Origin: Octopus vulgaris
Taxonomy: Eukaryota
NCBI GenBank assembly: GCA_951406725.2
Contig: OX597816.1
Location: 138,136,001-138,200,000, forward strand
DNA: 64,000 bases
Direction: 5' to 3'
In this document: piece after piece, positions 12,497 through 28,525 of the stretch
Position numbering within the stretch: the stretch's first letter is position 1
Layout: each line of letters starts with the position of its first letter
The notes under the pieces: model-generated
Told to the model about the DNA's origin: nothing
What the model saw: only the letters and a program-made list of their open reading frames with translations
The model's database searches: none
Program-made: the position numbers and the translations under genes

Positions 12497-13312
12497 TACT
12501 TTTAATCTGCGTGATAGTTACAATCACCCGCCGAGACACCCCCAGTGTCCTTGAGCGAGTGAGGGATAAGAGATGTTACAGTATGACTAAAAGCTTGAGG
12601 AGGTGAAATGGCTGCGAAATATCTTCATGTAATACAACACAGACATTTAAATTGATAGGGTTTTTGCTAAAGGTGTGGGCAGTACCTGCCAGCACAATCA
12701 TTTGGTCTTCTATGAGACATGGTTCTCCTGGGATATTATCTAAATGTTGCTACCATCCCTTTCTTATCATATCTGGAGCACCCACAATAATAGGACCAGT
12801 TCTCGCTTTAAGATGCCATATCTTTTCTATTTCAATTTTAAGGTCTTTATATTTTCTTAATTTGTCAAATTCCTTTACAAATATATTTTTATCAGTGGGA
12901 ACACTATTAGTCTACAAGTATTTTCTTCCTTGTCTGTAATAACTATGTCTGGTAGATTAGCCTGTATCACTTTGTCGGTGTGACTGGAAATTCCCAGAGG
13001 ATTAGCAATTGGCTCAGGATGATGTTCGTACCAGTAAACAGGATTGCTGGTTTTGTAGTCTTTACATATTTTACAATGTAAGTATTGTCCTACCCTATAT
13101 TGTCGATTTTTGTATTCGTTTGGTGTCCCCACAGTATATCTCGAGACAAGATGGACTACTGTTTCATCAATTGTATCACAGAATCTGCATTTAGAGTCAG
13201 AAACGTTTTGAAGAACATTAGCCTGGCAGTTTTTGGTAAACAGGCCTTGATCTTGTCCCACCGATATGAAATCTTCAACCTCTACTTTCAATCCTGAGCT
13301 TCTCAGCCCCTG
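12497..13312 (-). mobile_element. R4/Dong-type fragment, diverged subfamily
   Basis: GLRSSGLK...CRFCDTIDETVVHLVS...ANLPDIVITDKEENTCRL (CCHC finger and PD motif), with indels. Confidence 0.85.
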
Positions 13313-13354
<42 letters not shown>

Positions 13355-13364
13355 AATATTGTTG

Positions 13365-13426
<62 letters not shown>

Positions 13427-14062
13427 GTGGAGTATATTTGCCACCTAAATGTGGCGGACCCATAGCGGATGATGCTACTGTTGTTTATAGCCCCAAGAAG
13501 ATATCTCCTCTAGCTGGCTAACGACACACCATATCCGATTAATATTTGCGAAGGGAGATCATCGTTCCCATCTCTAGATTTACGTGATACACACAAATCT
13601 GGGTTTCTGAGTAGTAAGCCATCATCAGTGTGTGATAATCACTTCACAATTCCGTGCTGCTACTGTTTACTTCTCGCTCAGAGATTTATTATTGCTTGTT
13701 TCTCCTTTTTCGAGATCAGCGACAGTTTGTCACTGGAAAAAGCATATAGTATTTTGCCCTTGAAATGAGTTCTCATCGCTAGCTGACTACCCAGAAACTC
13801 GGTCTGTGTGTATCACGTAAGGCTAGAGATGGGAACGATGATTTCCCTTCGCAAATGCTAATCGGACACAGACAGTGCGTTAGCCAGCTGGAGGAGATGT
13901 CTTTCTGGACCTATAAACAACAGTAGCATCGTCCCCTATGGGTCCGGCATATTTAAGTTGCAAATATACTTCACGATTCCGTGCTGCTACTGTTTATTCT
14001 CGCTCAGAGATTTATTATTGCTCATGATTATTATTGCTCATGATTATTATTATTATTATTAA

Positions 14063-14102
<40 letters not shown>

Positions 14103-14165
14103 GTTATTGTTATTGTTATTATTATTATTATTGTTATTGTTATTGTTATTGTTATTATTATTATT

Positions 14166-14218
<53 letters not shown>

Positions 14219-14352
14219 TATTATTATTATTATTATCATTATTATTATTAATAAAAATAACAATAACAATAACAATAACAATAACAATAACAATAATAAT
14301 AATAATAACAATAACAATAACAATAACAATAATAATAATAATAATAATAATG

Positions 14353-14427
<75 letters not shown>

Positions 14428-15060
14428 TTAATAATAATAATAATAATGAGCAATAATAATCATGAGCAATAATAAATCTCTGAGCGAGAATAAACAGTAG
14501 CAGCACGGAATCGTGAAGTATATTTGCAACTTAAATATGCCGGACCCATAGGGGACGATGCTACTGTTGTTTATAGGTCCAGAAAGACATCTCCTCCAGC
14601 TGGCTAACGCACTGTCTGTGTCCGATTAGCATTTGCGAAGGGAAATCATCGTTCCCATCTCTAGCCTTACGTGATACACACAGACCGAGTTTCTGGGTAG
14701 TCAGCTAGCGATGAGAACTCATTTCAAGGGCAAAATACTATATGCTTTTTCCAGTGACAAACTGTCGCTGATCTCGAAAAAGGAGAAACAAGCAATAATA
14801 AATCTCTGAGCGAGAAGTAAACAGTAGCAGCACGGAATTGTGAAGTGATTATCACACACTGATGATGGCTTACTACTCAGAAACCCAGATTTGTGTGTAT
14901 CACGTAAATCTAGAGATGGGAACGATGATCTCCCTTCGCAAATATTAATCGGATATGGTGTGTCGTTAGCCAGCTAGAGGAGATATCTTCTTGGGGCTAT
15001 AAACAACAGTAGCATCATCCGCTATGGGTCCGCCACATTTAGGTGGCAAATATACTCCAC
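13427..15060. repeat. Long near-perfect inverted duplication
   Basis: 13427-~14070 is the reverse complement of ~14420-15060, with a microsatellite spacer. Confidence 0.95.
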
Positions 15061-15110
<50 letters not shown>

Positions 15111-15159
15111 TAATAATAATAATAATAATAACAATAACAATAATAATAATAATAATAAC

Positions 15160-15242
<83 letters not shown>

Positions 15243-15393
15243 TAATAACAACGATAATAATAATAATAATAACAATAACAATAATAATAATAATAATAAC
15301 AATAATAATAATAATAATAATAACAACAATAATAATAATAATAATAACAATAATAATAATAATAATAATAATAATACTAATAATAACAATAAC

Positions 15394-15461
<68 letters not shown>

Positions 15462-15517
15462 TAACACTAATAATAATAATAATAATAATAACAATAATAA
15501 TAATGATAATAATAATG

Positions 15518-15551
<34 letters not shown>

Positions 15552-15553
15552 TA

Positions 15554-15680
<127 letters not shown>

Positions 15681-15762
15681 TAATAATAATAATAATAATA
15701 ACAATTATAACAACAATAATAATAATAATAATAACAATAACAATAATAATAATAATAATAAC

Positions 15763-15803
<41 letters not shown>

Positions 15804-15849
15804 TAATAATAATAATAACAATGGTAATAATAATAATAATAATAATAAC

Positions 15850-15902
<53 letters not shown>

Positions 15903-16769
15903 GGGTTTATCATAGCAGCTCAAGATCAATGCCTACCAACAAGAAACTACCAGGCCAACATATTAAAGATCAGAAGCAGTCCAACGTGTCGTGTATGCAA
16001 GCAACAAAATGAAACCATTGACCATGTGGTCTCCAAGTGCAGTCTTCTAGCGCCTACAGAGTATCTCAACAGGCACGATAGAGCTGCACAATATATTCAC
16101 TGGGTAATCTGTAAAAACCTGGATTTGCCCCATGAAAAAAACTGGTGGGAACACAAACCACCCCCAGTGCTTGAAAATGACCACATCTCACTCCTCTGGA
16201 ACTTCACCATTCAAACTGACAGGAAGATAGATGCAAATAGGCCAGACATCATATTGAAAAACTTCAAACAAAGAACATGCCTCCTCATTGATATGACTGT
16301 CCCAATCGATATAAACGTATCTGTCAAGACCTACCAAAAACTGAGCAAATATAAAGATCTTGAAATAGAAATCAGCAAAATGTGGAAGCTGAAGACTAAA
16401 ACAATACCTGTTGTCATAGGTGCCCTGGGAATGATAGCAAAAGGGGCTGATAGCTACCTAACTCAGATACCAGGAAACCCAAAAATGGCAGAAGTTCAAA
16501 AGATAGTGCTCATGGGAACTGCTCATATCCTACGCAAAATACTCTCTATGTAATCTCAAGGTTTAAAACAAACATAATTTTCGGTTTAAAAAAAAAAAAA
16601 ACTTTTTTTTTTCTTTTTAGACATTCATTAGTACAACATCCCCACCCCCCAAATATATGGCACACTAGGCATAACAACAACATGAACTTCCAACCCTGTT
16701 GTCTCTTGAGGTCTATGGGTGAGACTTGGAGCCAACTTGTACAAATATAAAGCAAAAGTCAAACATAGA
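15903..16769 (+). mobile_element. R4/Dong-type fragment with open CCHC plus RLE frame (15903-16553) and 3'UTR
   Basis: GFIIAAQDQ...CRVCKQQNETIDHVVSKC...RHD...ANRPDIILK...LIDMTVP...KLSKYKDL. (TAA)n on both sides. Confidence 0.92.
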
Positions 16770-16792
16770 ATAATAATAATAATAACAATAAC

Positions 16793-16830
<38 letters not shown>

Positions 16831-16836
16831 TAACAC

Positions 16837-16905
<69 letters not shown>

Positions 16906-16916
16906 TAATAATAATG

Positions 16917-16956
<40 letters not shown>

Positions 16957-16961
16957 TAATA

Positions 16962-17082
<121 letters not shown>

Positions 17083-17167
17083 CAATAATAATAATAATAA
17101 TAATAACAATTATAACAACAATAATAATAATAATAATAACAATAACAATAATAATAATAATAATAAC

Positions 17168-17223
<56 letters not shown>

Positions 17224-17269
17224 TGGTAATAATAATAATAATAATAATAACAATAATAATAATAATAAT

Positions 17270-17304
<35 letters not shown>

Positions 17305-17335
17305 CAATAATAATAATAATAATAATAACAATAAC

Positions 17336-17397
<62 letters not shown>

Positions 17398-17482
17398 TAA
17401 TAATAATAATAATATTAATAATAATAATAATAATAATAACAATAATAACAACAATAATAATAATAATAATAATAACAATAAC

Positions 17483-17580
<98 letters not shown>

Positions 17581-17686
17581 TAATAACAACAATAATAATA
17601 ATAATAATAACAATAACAATAATAATAATAATAATAATAATAACAATAATAATAATAATAATAATAATAACAATAATAATAATAAC

Positions 17687-17785
<99 letters not shown>

Positions 17786-17786
17786 G

Positions 17787-17835
<49 letters not shown>

Positions 17836-17845
17836 CATCATCATT

Positions 17846-17880
<35 letters not shown>

Positions 17881-17885
17881 TATTC

Positions 17886-19263
<1,378 letters not shown>

Positions 19264-19296
19264 GTCGTCATCATCGTTATTATCATTATTATTATT

Positions 19297-19510
19297 AAGG
19301 CAGTGAGCTGGTAGAATCGTTAGCACGCCTGGCAAAAATGCTTAGTCAGTCTTCACGTTCCGAGTTCAAATTCCACCGAGGCCAACATTGCTTTTCATCC
19401 TTTGCGGGGGTCGATTAATTAAGTACCAGTGAAACACTGGGGTCGATGTAATCGACTAGTCCCCTCACCCCAAAATTTCAGACCTTGTGCTTATAGTAGA
19501 AAAGATTATT
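19297..19510 (+). mobile_element. SINE family A
   Basis: AAGGCAGTGAGCTGGTAGAATCGTTAGCACG...GAGTTCAAATTCC...TAGTAGAAAAGATTATT. Confidence 0.85.
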
Positions 19511-19882
19511 GTTGTTGTTGCTGTTGTCATTGTTTCCAATTAACATTGAAATATTGTTTTTGTGTATATGTAGATTCCACACTCTCTGCAACTTATCTCT
19601 TTCAAATGGATGTCAGCAGTAAAGTCCTCAGTTTTATGACTCTCATTGTCTACTACTAATTTTATCTGATTTTTCCTTCACCCTCCCAAAATTCCTCCGA
19701 CATTTTGGCTTTATCCTGTCCTTCATTTAAGAAGTCTTTAACATTAATAAGTTTAATGATCACAACACTTTTTGTTCTCACACTCTGTACATAGAAATTT
19801 CATCACGACAAAAACAAATTAATCTGTAATAATCCACGAATGTTTATATCAACTAGTTTCATCTATATACTTTCCTAATTGT

Positions 19883-20150
19883 GGAGGCGCAATGGTCCAG
19901 TGGTTAGGGCAGCGGAGTCGCAGTCGTAGGATCGCAGTTTCGATTCCCAGACCTAAAGCTCCACGAGGCTCCGGCAAGTGGGGGTGGCAATCCTTGCTGT
20001 ACTCTTTCGCCACAACTTTCTATCTGTCTTTCTTCTGATGGCCTACCCGGTTAGCCAGCGGGGTGGCGTCATTTGAAGGCTAAAACAATGCGAAGCGCAT
20101 TGTGACCAGCGATGTGTAGCAACATCTGATCGCCTGGTCGGTCACGGTGA
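19883..20150 (+). mobile_element. tRNA-derived SINE
   Basis: GGAGGCGCAATGGTCCAGTGGTTAGG A-box and GTTTCGATTCC B-box. Confidence 0.8.
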
Positions 20151-20299
20151 CTTTCCTAAACCTCTAAGTTGTCTTTCTTACTTTCAAGCACAACTTCTAT
20201 CAAGCTATAACACAGTCTCTATATCTATAATACAAATTCCCTGTAATTGTCAGCCTGTCCACTGTCTCATTGCGCTACCCATACACACCTAAGCGCCTG

Positions 20300-21395
<1,096 letters not shown>

Positions 21396-21923
21396 TTTTT
21401 TTGTTGTTATTGGAGTGTAGTGAGTATATTTCCCAATGGTTGTATTATCAATTTCTATCGATTTGAGGTCACATGACCTCATTATCTTGTTATTTTATTG
21501 CATGGCTAGATTTTACTTGCTAAATATAGAAGCTAAATCTCTCATATCGCACCGCAACTGACATGAAAATTAAAGAAAGAAAAGAAATGTATATTAACTA
21601 CACTAGATACACCAATTGTAGTTATTCAATATAAATAAAATACGAAATAGCTACAGCTTGATTACATTTAGTCATAGATATTCTGGATGAAGCAAGACCT
21701 GGTGCTAAACAACACCATAGTTGTGACAACTTCTTATGACAATTCTCGGATTATTTTATTTGATTGACTGTGACTTCTATATTTATACCCACTTAAACGT
21801 AGATGTTCTGTAAGGACAAACTATACTGGGGTATTTATCATGAGAGAAACTCCCATATTGGTTCCTGATGCAAAATGAACTTTTGTCTATATCGCCAACG
21901 AGGATAGACAAGGACATTAATTT

Positions 21924-22352
21924 AAGGTGGCGAGCTGACAAAATCGTTAGCACGCCGGGCTAAACATTTTTCTTCTGGCTTAACTTTCTGATTACAAAGC
22001 TCGACTTTGCCTGTGGTCCTTTCGGGGTCGATAGTCTAAATATCAATTGAGTACTGAGGTCGATGTAGTCGACTGACTTCCTCCCACGAAATTGCTACAC
22101 TTGTGCCAACGTGTGAAACCTATATATGACACACCGAAGGCGGAGAGCTGGCAGAATCGTTACCGCGCCGGGCAAAATGCTTAGCAGCATTTCCTTCGTT
22201 TCCACATTTTGAGTTCTAATTCCGTCGAGGTCGACTTTGCCTTTTATCTTTTCAGGGCCGGTAAAAAAAGTAACAGTTGAACACTGATATCGATCTAATA
22301 GATTTATCTCCTCCCCAGAAATTGCTGGCCTTGTACTAAAATTTGTAATCAA
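21924..22352 (+). mobile_element. Two tandem SINE family A copies
   Basis: Heads at ~21924 and ~22137. Confidence 0.8.
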
Positions 22353-22659
22353 TATATTACAACTATGGACGCCCAAGATAAAAGCTGCGATATTCCATTA
22401 CATATATGGAGGCTCGCAAGTGTAATAACAAATTCTATTTGAGACACCAAGTCACGAGGTTTGGTAATGGTAAACAACGAGATAAACCGGTTGCATAAAT
22501 CCCGATAATTGACAAGTTCTTGTATTATCTACCACGGAAAGACGCAAGACAAATACGTACTTGACGGCTTTCAAACTCGGAAAACAAAGGTGTGCAATTT
22601 AATTGCCAAAAAGTATTTTATTCAATTCCCCACCATTTCTGAATTGTAAGAACTATTGG

Positions 22660-23312
22660 TTTCAAATTTTGGCACAAGGCTAGCAATTTCGGGGGACGGG
22701 TAAGTCGATTAAATGGACCACAGTGCTCAACTGGGACTTATGTTGACGACCTTCGAAAGGATAAAAGGCAAAATCAATCGCACTGAAATTTGAACTCAGA
22801 TCATAAAGACGGACGAAGCGCGGCTACGCATTTTGTCCGGTATGCTAACCATTATCAAGTATAATAATGATTTCAAATTTTGCAGAAGGCCAGCTATTTC
22901 GAGGGAGGGGTAAGTTGATTACATCAACCCCAGTTCTCAGTTGGTACTTATTTTATCGCCCATGAGAAGATGAAAAACAAAGCCGACCATGGCAGAATAT
23001 GAACTCAGAACGTAAAGACGGAAGAAATACTGCTAAGCGTTTCGCCCTGCGTGCTAACGATTCCGCCAGCTTACCGCCTTTCCCACAGATATAATCATTC
23101 TTTTTACTATAGGGGCAAGGCCTGAAATTTGGGGGGAGGGGTTTAGTCGAGTACATCGACCCCATTGCATAGCTGGTACTTATTTCATCAATTCCGAAAG
23201 AATGATAAGCAAAGATGACCTCGGCAGAATTTGAACTCAGAACGCAGGGACGGACGAGTTGCTGTTAAACATTTTGTACGGGATGCTAACGATTTTGCCA
23301 TTTCCCCGCCTT
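22660..23312 (-). mobile_element. Three tandem SINE family A copies
   Basis: Repeated AATTTGAACTCAGAA...GCTAAC blocks ending near 22852, 23082 and 23312. Confidence 0.8.
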
Positions 23313-23519
23313 TCTCACATGTAATAATAATGACATGACTTTTGATTTAGTATGTCAGAAAATAAATACAAATTATACTTCATAATTAATTATAAATTAT
23401 CTAATTAAAATAGCGGTTGTTCGTAAACTCATCAATCACGCTGATTCCTTTCACATTGCAGTGTGTGACCGCAATAGTGTTGATATAAAAACCATAAAAC
23501 AATGCGTATGCATCTCTAC

Positions 23520-23530
23520 TGATGTGTGTG

Positions 23531-23612
<82 letters not shown>

Positions 23613-23722
23613 TGTGTGTATATGTGTGTATGCGTGCTTGAAACATTATATTTAGAGGTGAACACCTCCATCTCTGAAATATCACACTTTTATAAAGATG
23701 TCTGTATACATATATATAGATA

Positions 23723-23759
<37 letters not shown>

Positions 23760-24210
23760 CTATATATATATGTGTGTGTGTGTGTATGTGTGTGTGTATG
23801 TATGTATGTATGTATGTACATCTATCTATATATTTATACGTACATATATTTATACGTACATATATATATATGTACAAGTATATATTTATGTTTATATATA
23901 TAAATGTATATACGTGTACATATATAGATAGATGTGTACGTGTGTATATACATATTTCAATATGCATACATTCACTTAATGATACATACAGGCAACACGC
24001 AACCGCATACATACGTTCGTATATACATACATCCACACATAGAAAGGTACACAGATATATACATACATGTACACACACACATACACAGATACAAACATAC
24101 TCTCGCACGCATACATGCAAACATATACGTATCCATACATAGATACATACATAATACAAACATACATACATAATACAAACATACATACATAATACAAACA
24201 TACATATATA
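23520..24210. repeat. (GT)n/(AT)n/(ATAC)n compound microsatellite
   Basis: Directly visible. Confidence 0.9.
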
Positions 24211-24504
24211 ATCAGACGTTTTTCGCAATATTTCATTTTTAATTTTTCGTATTATTTTATTAATTTGTTTTGGGAATATTGTAAATCTATTTCCTGGTGT
24301 CTGTATTATCGACGGCTATTGATTGAAGGTCATATAAACCCATTATCTGGATATCCTATTGTATGATTTAGCTTTTATATCTTTACGTTTCTATTGGATA
24401 TTATTAGAATTTCTTTCAATAGCTGAAAAGTAGTCTTGGAATGATTTTAGTATATATATTTTAGTATATATTTAGTAATTTTAGTTCAGGATTGCCTCGA
24501 TATG

Positions 24505-24762
24505 TGGAGGCACATGGCCTAGTGGTTAGAGCAGCGGACTCGTGGTCGTGGAATCGCGGGCTCGAATCTCAGACCGGGCGATGTGTGTGTTTATGAGCGA
24601 AATACCTAAGCTCCGCCACAACTTTCTCTCACTCTTTCCTCCTGCATCTTGCAGCTCACCTGCGACGGACCGGCGTCTCGTTCAGGTGGGGAACCTATAC
24701 GCCAAGGAAACCGGGAAACCGGCCCTTATTAGCCAGGCATGGCTCGAGAAGGAACAAACAAG
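24505..24762 (+). mobile_element. tRNA-derived SINE with 12-bp TSD
   Basis: GGAGGCACATGGCCTAGTGGTTAGAGC head. TSD TGCCTCGATATG at 24493-24504 and 24763-24774. Confidence 0.9.
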
Positions 24763-24939
24763 TGCCTCGATATGCGAGTTAATTCGTCCCGGAAACCGCT
24801 CGTAAAAAGAAACTCGTAATTTGGTCCCAGAAAAATATTTTGCCTATAAAATTTATAAACAAATGGTAGTAAAACAGTAGAATGTAAAGAATATTTTATA
24901 TAAAGTAAAATAAATATAAAGGTCATTTATATTATAATA

Positions 24940-26223
24940 CGAGGGGCGTTCAATAAGTAATGCCCCTGACCCACTTCCCATAGCAGTAGAGCAACGAAAC
25001 TTGGCACAGTTATTAGTCTTCTTTTACATAGGAACCACCCAGAGTTACGCATTTCTCCCATCGTTTGATACAGCTCTGAAGACCGTTTTTGTAGAAGACC
25101 CCAGTTTGGTCCTCCAACCACGACGTGACTTCAGAAATCAAGGCTGCATCATATGGGAAACGCTTTCCCTTCAAAAACAACTTCATGGCTGGGAAGAGGT
25201 GAAAATCAGAGGGTGCAAGGTCAGGAGCGTAGGGGGTGGGGGAGGAGTTCATAGCCGCACGCCTGTGCTTCTGATCTGGCGACAAGCGAGTTGTGGACCG
25301 GAGCGTTGTCCTGCAGAAGGAGGATGCCTTTGCTGATCTTGCCCCGCCTCTTGATTTTGATAGCTTCTCTTAATTTCTTCAAAAGTGAAGCATAATAGAC
25401 TCCTGTAATTGTGGTACCCTTTGCCAGGAAATCTGTTATCACTACTCCGTCCTGGTCCCAGAAGACTGTGAGCATGACCTTACCAGCGGAGGGCTGCACC
25501 CTTGCCTTCTTTGGAGGAGGTGAGTCACGGTGCCTCCACTGCATTGACTGGGCTTTGGTCTCTGGATCATAGTGATGGACCCAGGTTTCATCCTGTGTAA
25601 TCAGTCTTCTGAAAAATTTTGACTCATCTTCTTGGCACATCTCCAAATTCACCCTCGAGCACTCGACGCGTTCTTGCTTCTGGAAAGGTGTGAGCAGCCT
25701 GGGAATCCACCTGGCAGACACCTTTTGCATATGCAAATGGTCATGAATGATAGTTTCCACAGACCCGGTAATAATCTTGACCTCATGGGCTATTTGGCGA
25801 ATAGTTATGCGTCGATCTTCCAAAATGGCAGCCTCAACTTGACGGACACATGCCTCATCAATGGCAGAAGGGGGCGACCAGATCTGGGAGCTGTTTCCAC
25901 AGAGTTCCGACCATGTTTAAATTCACGATGCCATGGTTTTACAAGGTCATATGATGGGGCATCATCACCATAAGTTACTTTCATTTCATCAAAAGTCTCC
26001 CGTGGTGTGCGTCCTTTCAAATACAAAAACCGGATCACTGCTCGACACTCAACTGGCTCCATTTCACACTTGACTCAGTTCAAACACCTGTAAATCAGAA
26101 ACCACAATTAGTTCAGAGCTGTAATTTGCCACTTAATCTATAGAGATATAAATAATTTCAAAATTTCAGCTAGATCAAACAACTGCAAGTGGGTCAGAAG
26201 CATTACTTATTGAACGTCCCTCG
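24940..26223 (-). mobile_element. Full-length mariner (irritans-like), 1284 bp
   Basis: TIRs CGAGGGGCGTTCAATAAGTAATGC and GCATTACTTATTGAACGTCCCTCG, TA on both sides. Confidence 0.95.
25013..26062 (-). pseudogene. Mariner DD34D transposase with two frameshifts
   Basis: MEPVECRAVIRFL...SGRP / WIPRLL, TQDETWVHHY, LLQDNAP / PYAPDLAPSDFHLF spread over three ORFs. Confidence 0.93.
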
Positions 26224-26439
26224 TAAAATATATTATTATTATGATCGTTTTATGTATCACTTTCACTCATGCACACCATCACTTGTAGACGCGATCGCCG
26301 ATTCACAAGCACTTGTAGACGGACATGTAGATTTCTTTTTAAAAAACAAGTGTAGAGTTGTTTTCTAAGAAGTAGCTTTTTTTGCTCTCAATAAACCTCT
26401 CGATATGGTACTAGAAACTTTTGCACTTGGTTCAAAATT

Positions 26440-26974
26440 AAAATCTTGTGCTTGAAACTTCAGATCTGAGACAGACTGCCCATTGTAGAAGATTCAAAAT
26501 CGTATACCGATGCACCATTCACCATATAGTAAATAACTCCTATAGCTACTACATTGGTTCTACCACAAATTTAAACAAAGATATTATGCACATTTAAACT
26601 CGTTTAAATATAAAGAGAATAGCAATTCCACATCACTAGCCGGCCACGTACGCCATCTAATTAATAGGAAAATACATTATAAGCTTTCCTGTGCTATAAT
26701 AAACTCTGGTGTCCCATATTAGGACCAGCACTCCATTTGTAGACTCTGCTTAAAAGAAACCCTCAAAATTTTAATCCATAATTCATCACAATTGTATAAT
26801 AAACACAGCGATTCCTTCACAACGTGTAAACACAAATTCTTCCGCACTTTTAAATTCTTACATAAATCTAAATGTAAATTCACCCCCATGAATAACACTC
26901 ACAAACAAACCTCCATGATCATTAACACATACCCTCTATATCTCTTCTATCAAACTTACCTAATCACTTTATAA
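26440..26974 (+). mobile_element. Naiad-type Penelope GIY-YIG fragment
   Basis: *NFRSETDCPL...VYRCTI...YYIGSTT...RYYAHLNSFK...STSLAGHV...CRLCLKE...NKHSDSFTTCKHK. Confidence 0.8.
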
Positions 26975-27759
26975 GAAATATTGATTCTTTAATTTATTTT
27001 AAAACCTTAACCTAATAAATCCCCTAATATCTAATTCTAACTCTTACTCCTAAATAATTTACCTTTCAACTAGTTTCTCCATTCACAACTACCTACACAC
27101 CTATAACCCCATTGTTAAAAATAACTCAACAGCCACGGACCTTAGCCAGAATGGACACAATCATTTACTACTAGATTTCCTTCCCCACCCCTATGGACTA
27201 GAAGATTACCTCTGGCAACTACTATATTCTCTTTAAATTCCCTTCAATTTGCTATATTTTGTTTATTTTTTTTCTATGTTATCTTCCTTTACCTCATCCT
27301 CCTCTCTCCTGTCTTCTTGGCTATATTCTTAGATACTATATATATTTTTTTATATACCTTTCTTTATCCTTAACGCCAATCTTTAATTTCTCCCCTCACT
27401 CTATCTACCTCTCTTTCTGTTTATTTACTTTACTTTCTTTTTATCACTTAATAGCCACCTCCGCTACCATTTGTTATTGAACGTTGATATGTTCGAGTCT
27501 TTTTCCTGGATGTTTACACCATCAGGAATTTAACCCACATGGATTAACGCAGGATTGCATTTAAGGACTTATTTCTACAACATCGAAAAGTTGAACTGCA
27601 AACTATTATTCTTCTTTTTTCTTCTCTTTTTTTCATCTCCTTATTCCTTTATTCTTGTTCTCTATGTCGTCATTTCATTAATCTATACCCTTCTCATTTT
27701 CCCTATTTGCCTCCGACGATTGAATACCCCATACTCTAGGATTTCTCAGAAACAGCTGC

Positions 27760-28018
27760 TCGCACACTGGAGGATTTGGAAATACGGATTCAGGAGGTTC
27801 TCAATAATATCCCAGACGACGTCCTTCAGAAAGTTCTTCCTTCCATCCCTGGCCGTTTGAGGAAACTGGTTGACGCTACCAGTGCTTGCGTTGAAATATG
27901 AAGACTTACTTTCATTTTCCCATGTAATAAAGAATATGTATCATTTGTTTCAAGAAATTTGTAAAAAGAATATGGATTTTATTACCAATTTTTAATGCCT
28001 ACTTACTTTCACACCCTG
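27760..28018 (+). mobile_element. Tc1-like transposon 3' end
   Basis: IRIQEVLNNIPDDVLQKVLPSIPGRLRKLVDA...VEI* followed by TIR-like CACACCCTG-TA. Confidence 0.7.
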
Positions 28019-28116
28019 TATATACATACATGCATACATACATACATACATACATACATACATACATACATACATACATACATACATACATACATACATA
28101 CATACATACATACATG

Positions 28117-28162
<46 letters not shown>

Positions 28163-28191
28163 AAAAAAGGAGATGTCGAACACGAGTGGTG

Positions 28192-28260
<69 letters not shown>

Positions 28261-28316
28261 ATTTTAGTATATGTATTCAAGAGTTTTGATGTTGTGTATT
28301 TTATTTCTTTCTTGGC

Positions 28317-28525
28317 AAGCTGGCAGAATCGTTAGCGCCCTGGGCAAAATACTTAGCGCCTTTTCGTCTTTACGTTTTCAGTTCAAATGCCTTCGGGGTG
28401 GACGTTGCCTTTTATAATTTCATGGTCGCTTAAATAAGTGGCAGTTGAACACTGGAGTCGTTGTAATCGACTGAAGCCCACCCCCTGAACTTTCTGGCAT
28501 TGTTCTAAAAATTTGAAACCATTTA
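28317..28525 (+). mobile_element. SINE family A
   Basis: AAGCTGGCAGAATCGTTAGCG...AGTTCAAAT. Confidence 0.75.

Noticed and set aside
13480-13530. CTCCTC...GGCTAAC resembling an HDV-like ribozyme
   Set aside because: Spacing too short for P1/P1.1/P4, and I could not build the pseudoknot.
19883-19955. tRNA genes at SINE heads
   Set aside because: A/B boxes continue into SINE bodies and there is no complete cloverleaf.
26885-26922. ATGA...AAA...TGA as a SECIS downstream of the Naiad ORF
   Set aside because: The intervening helix does not pair.
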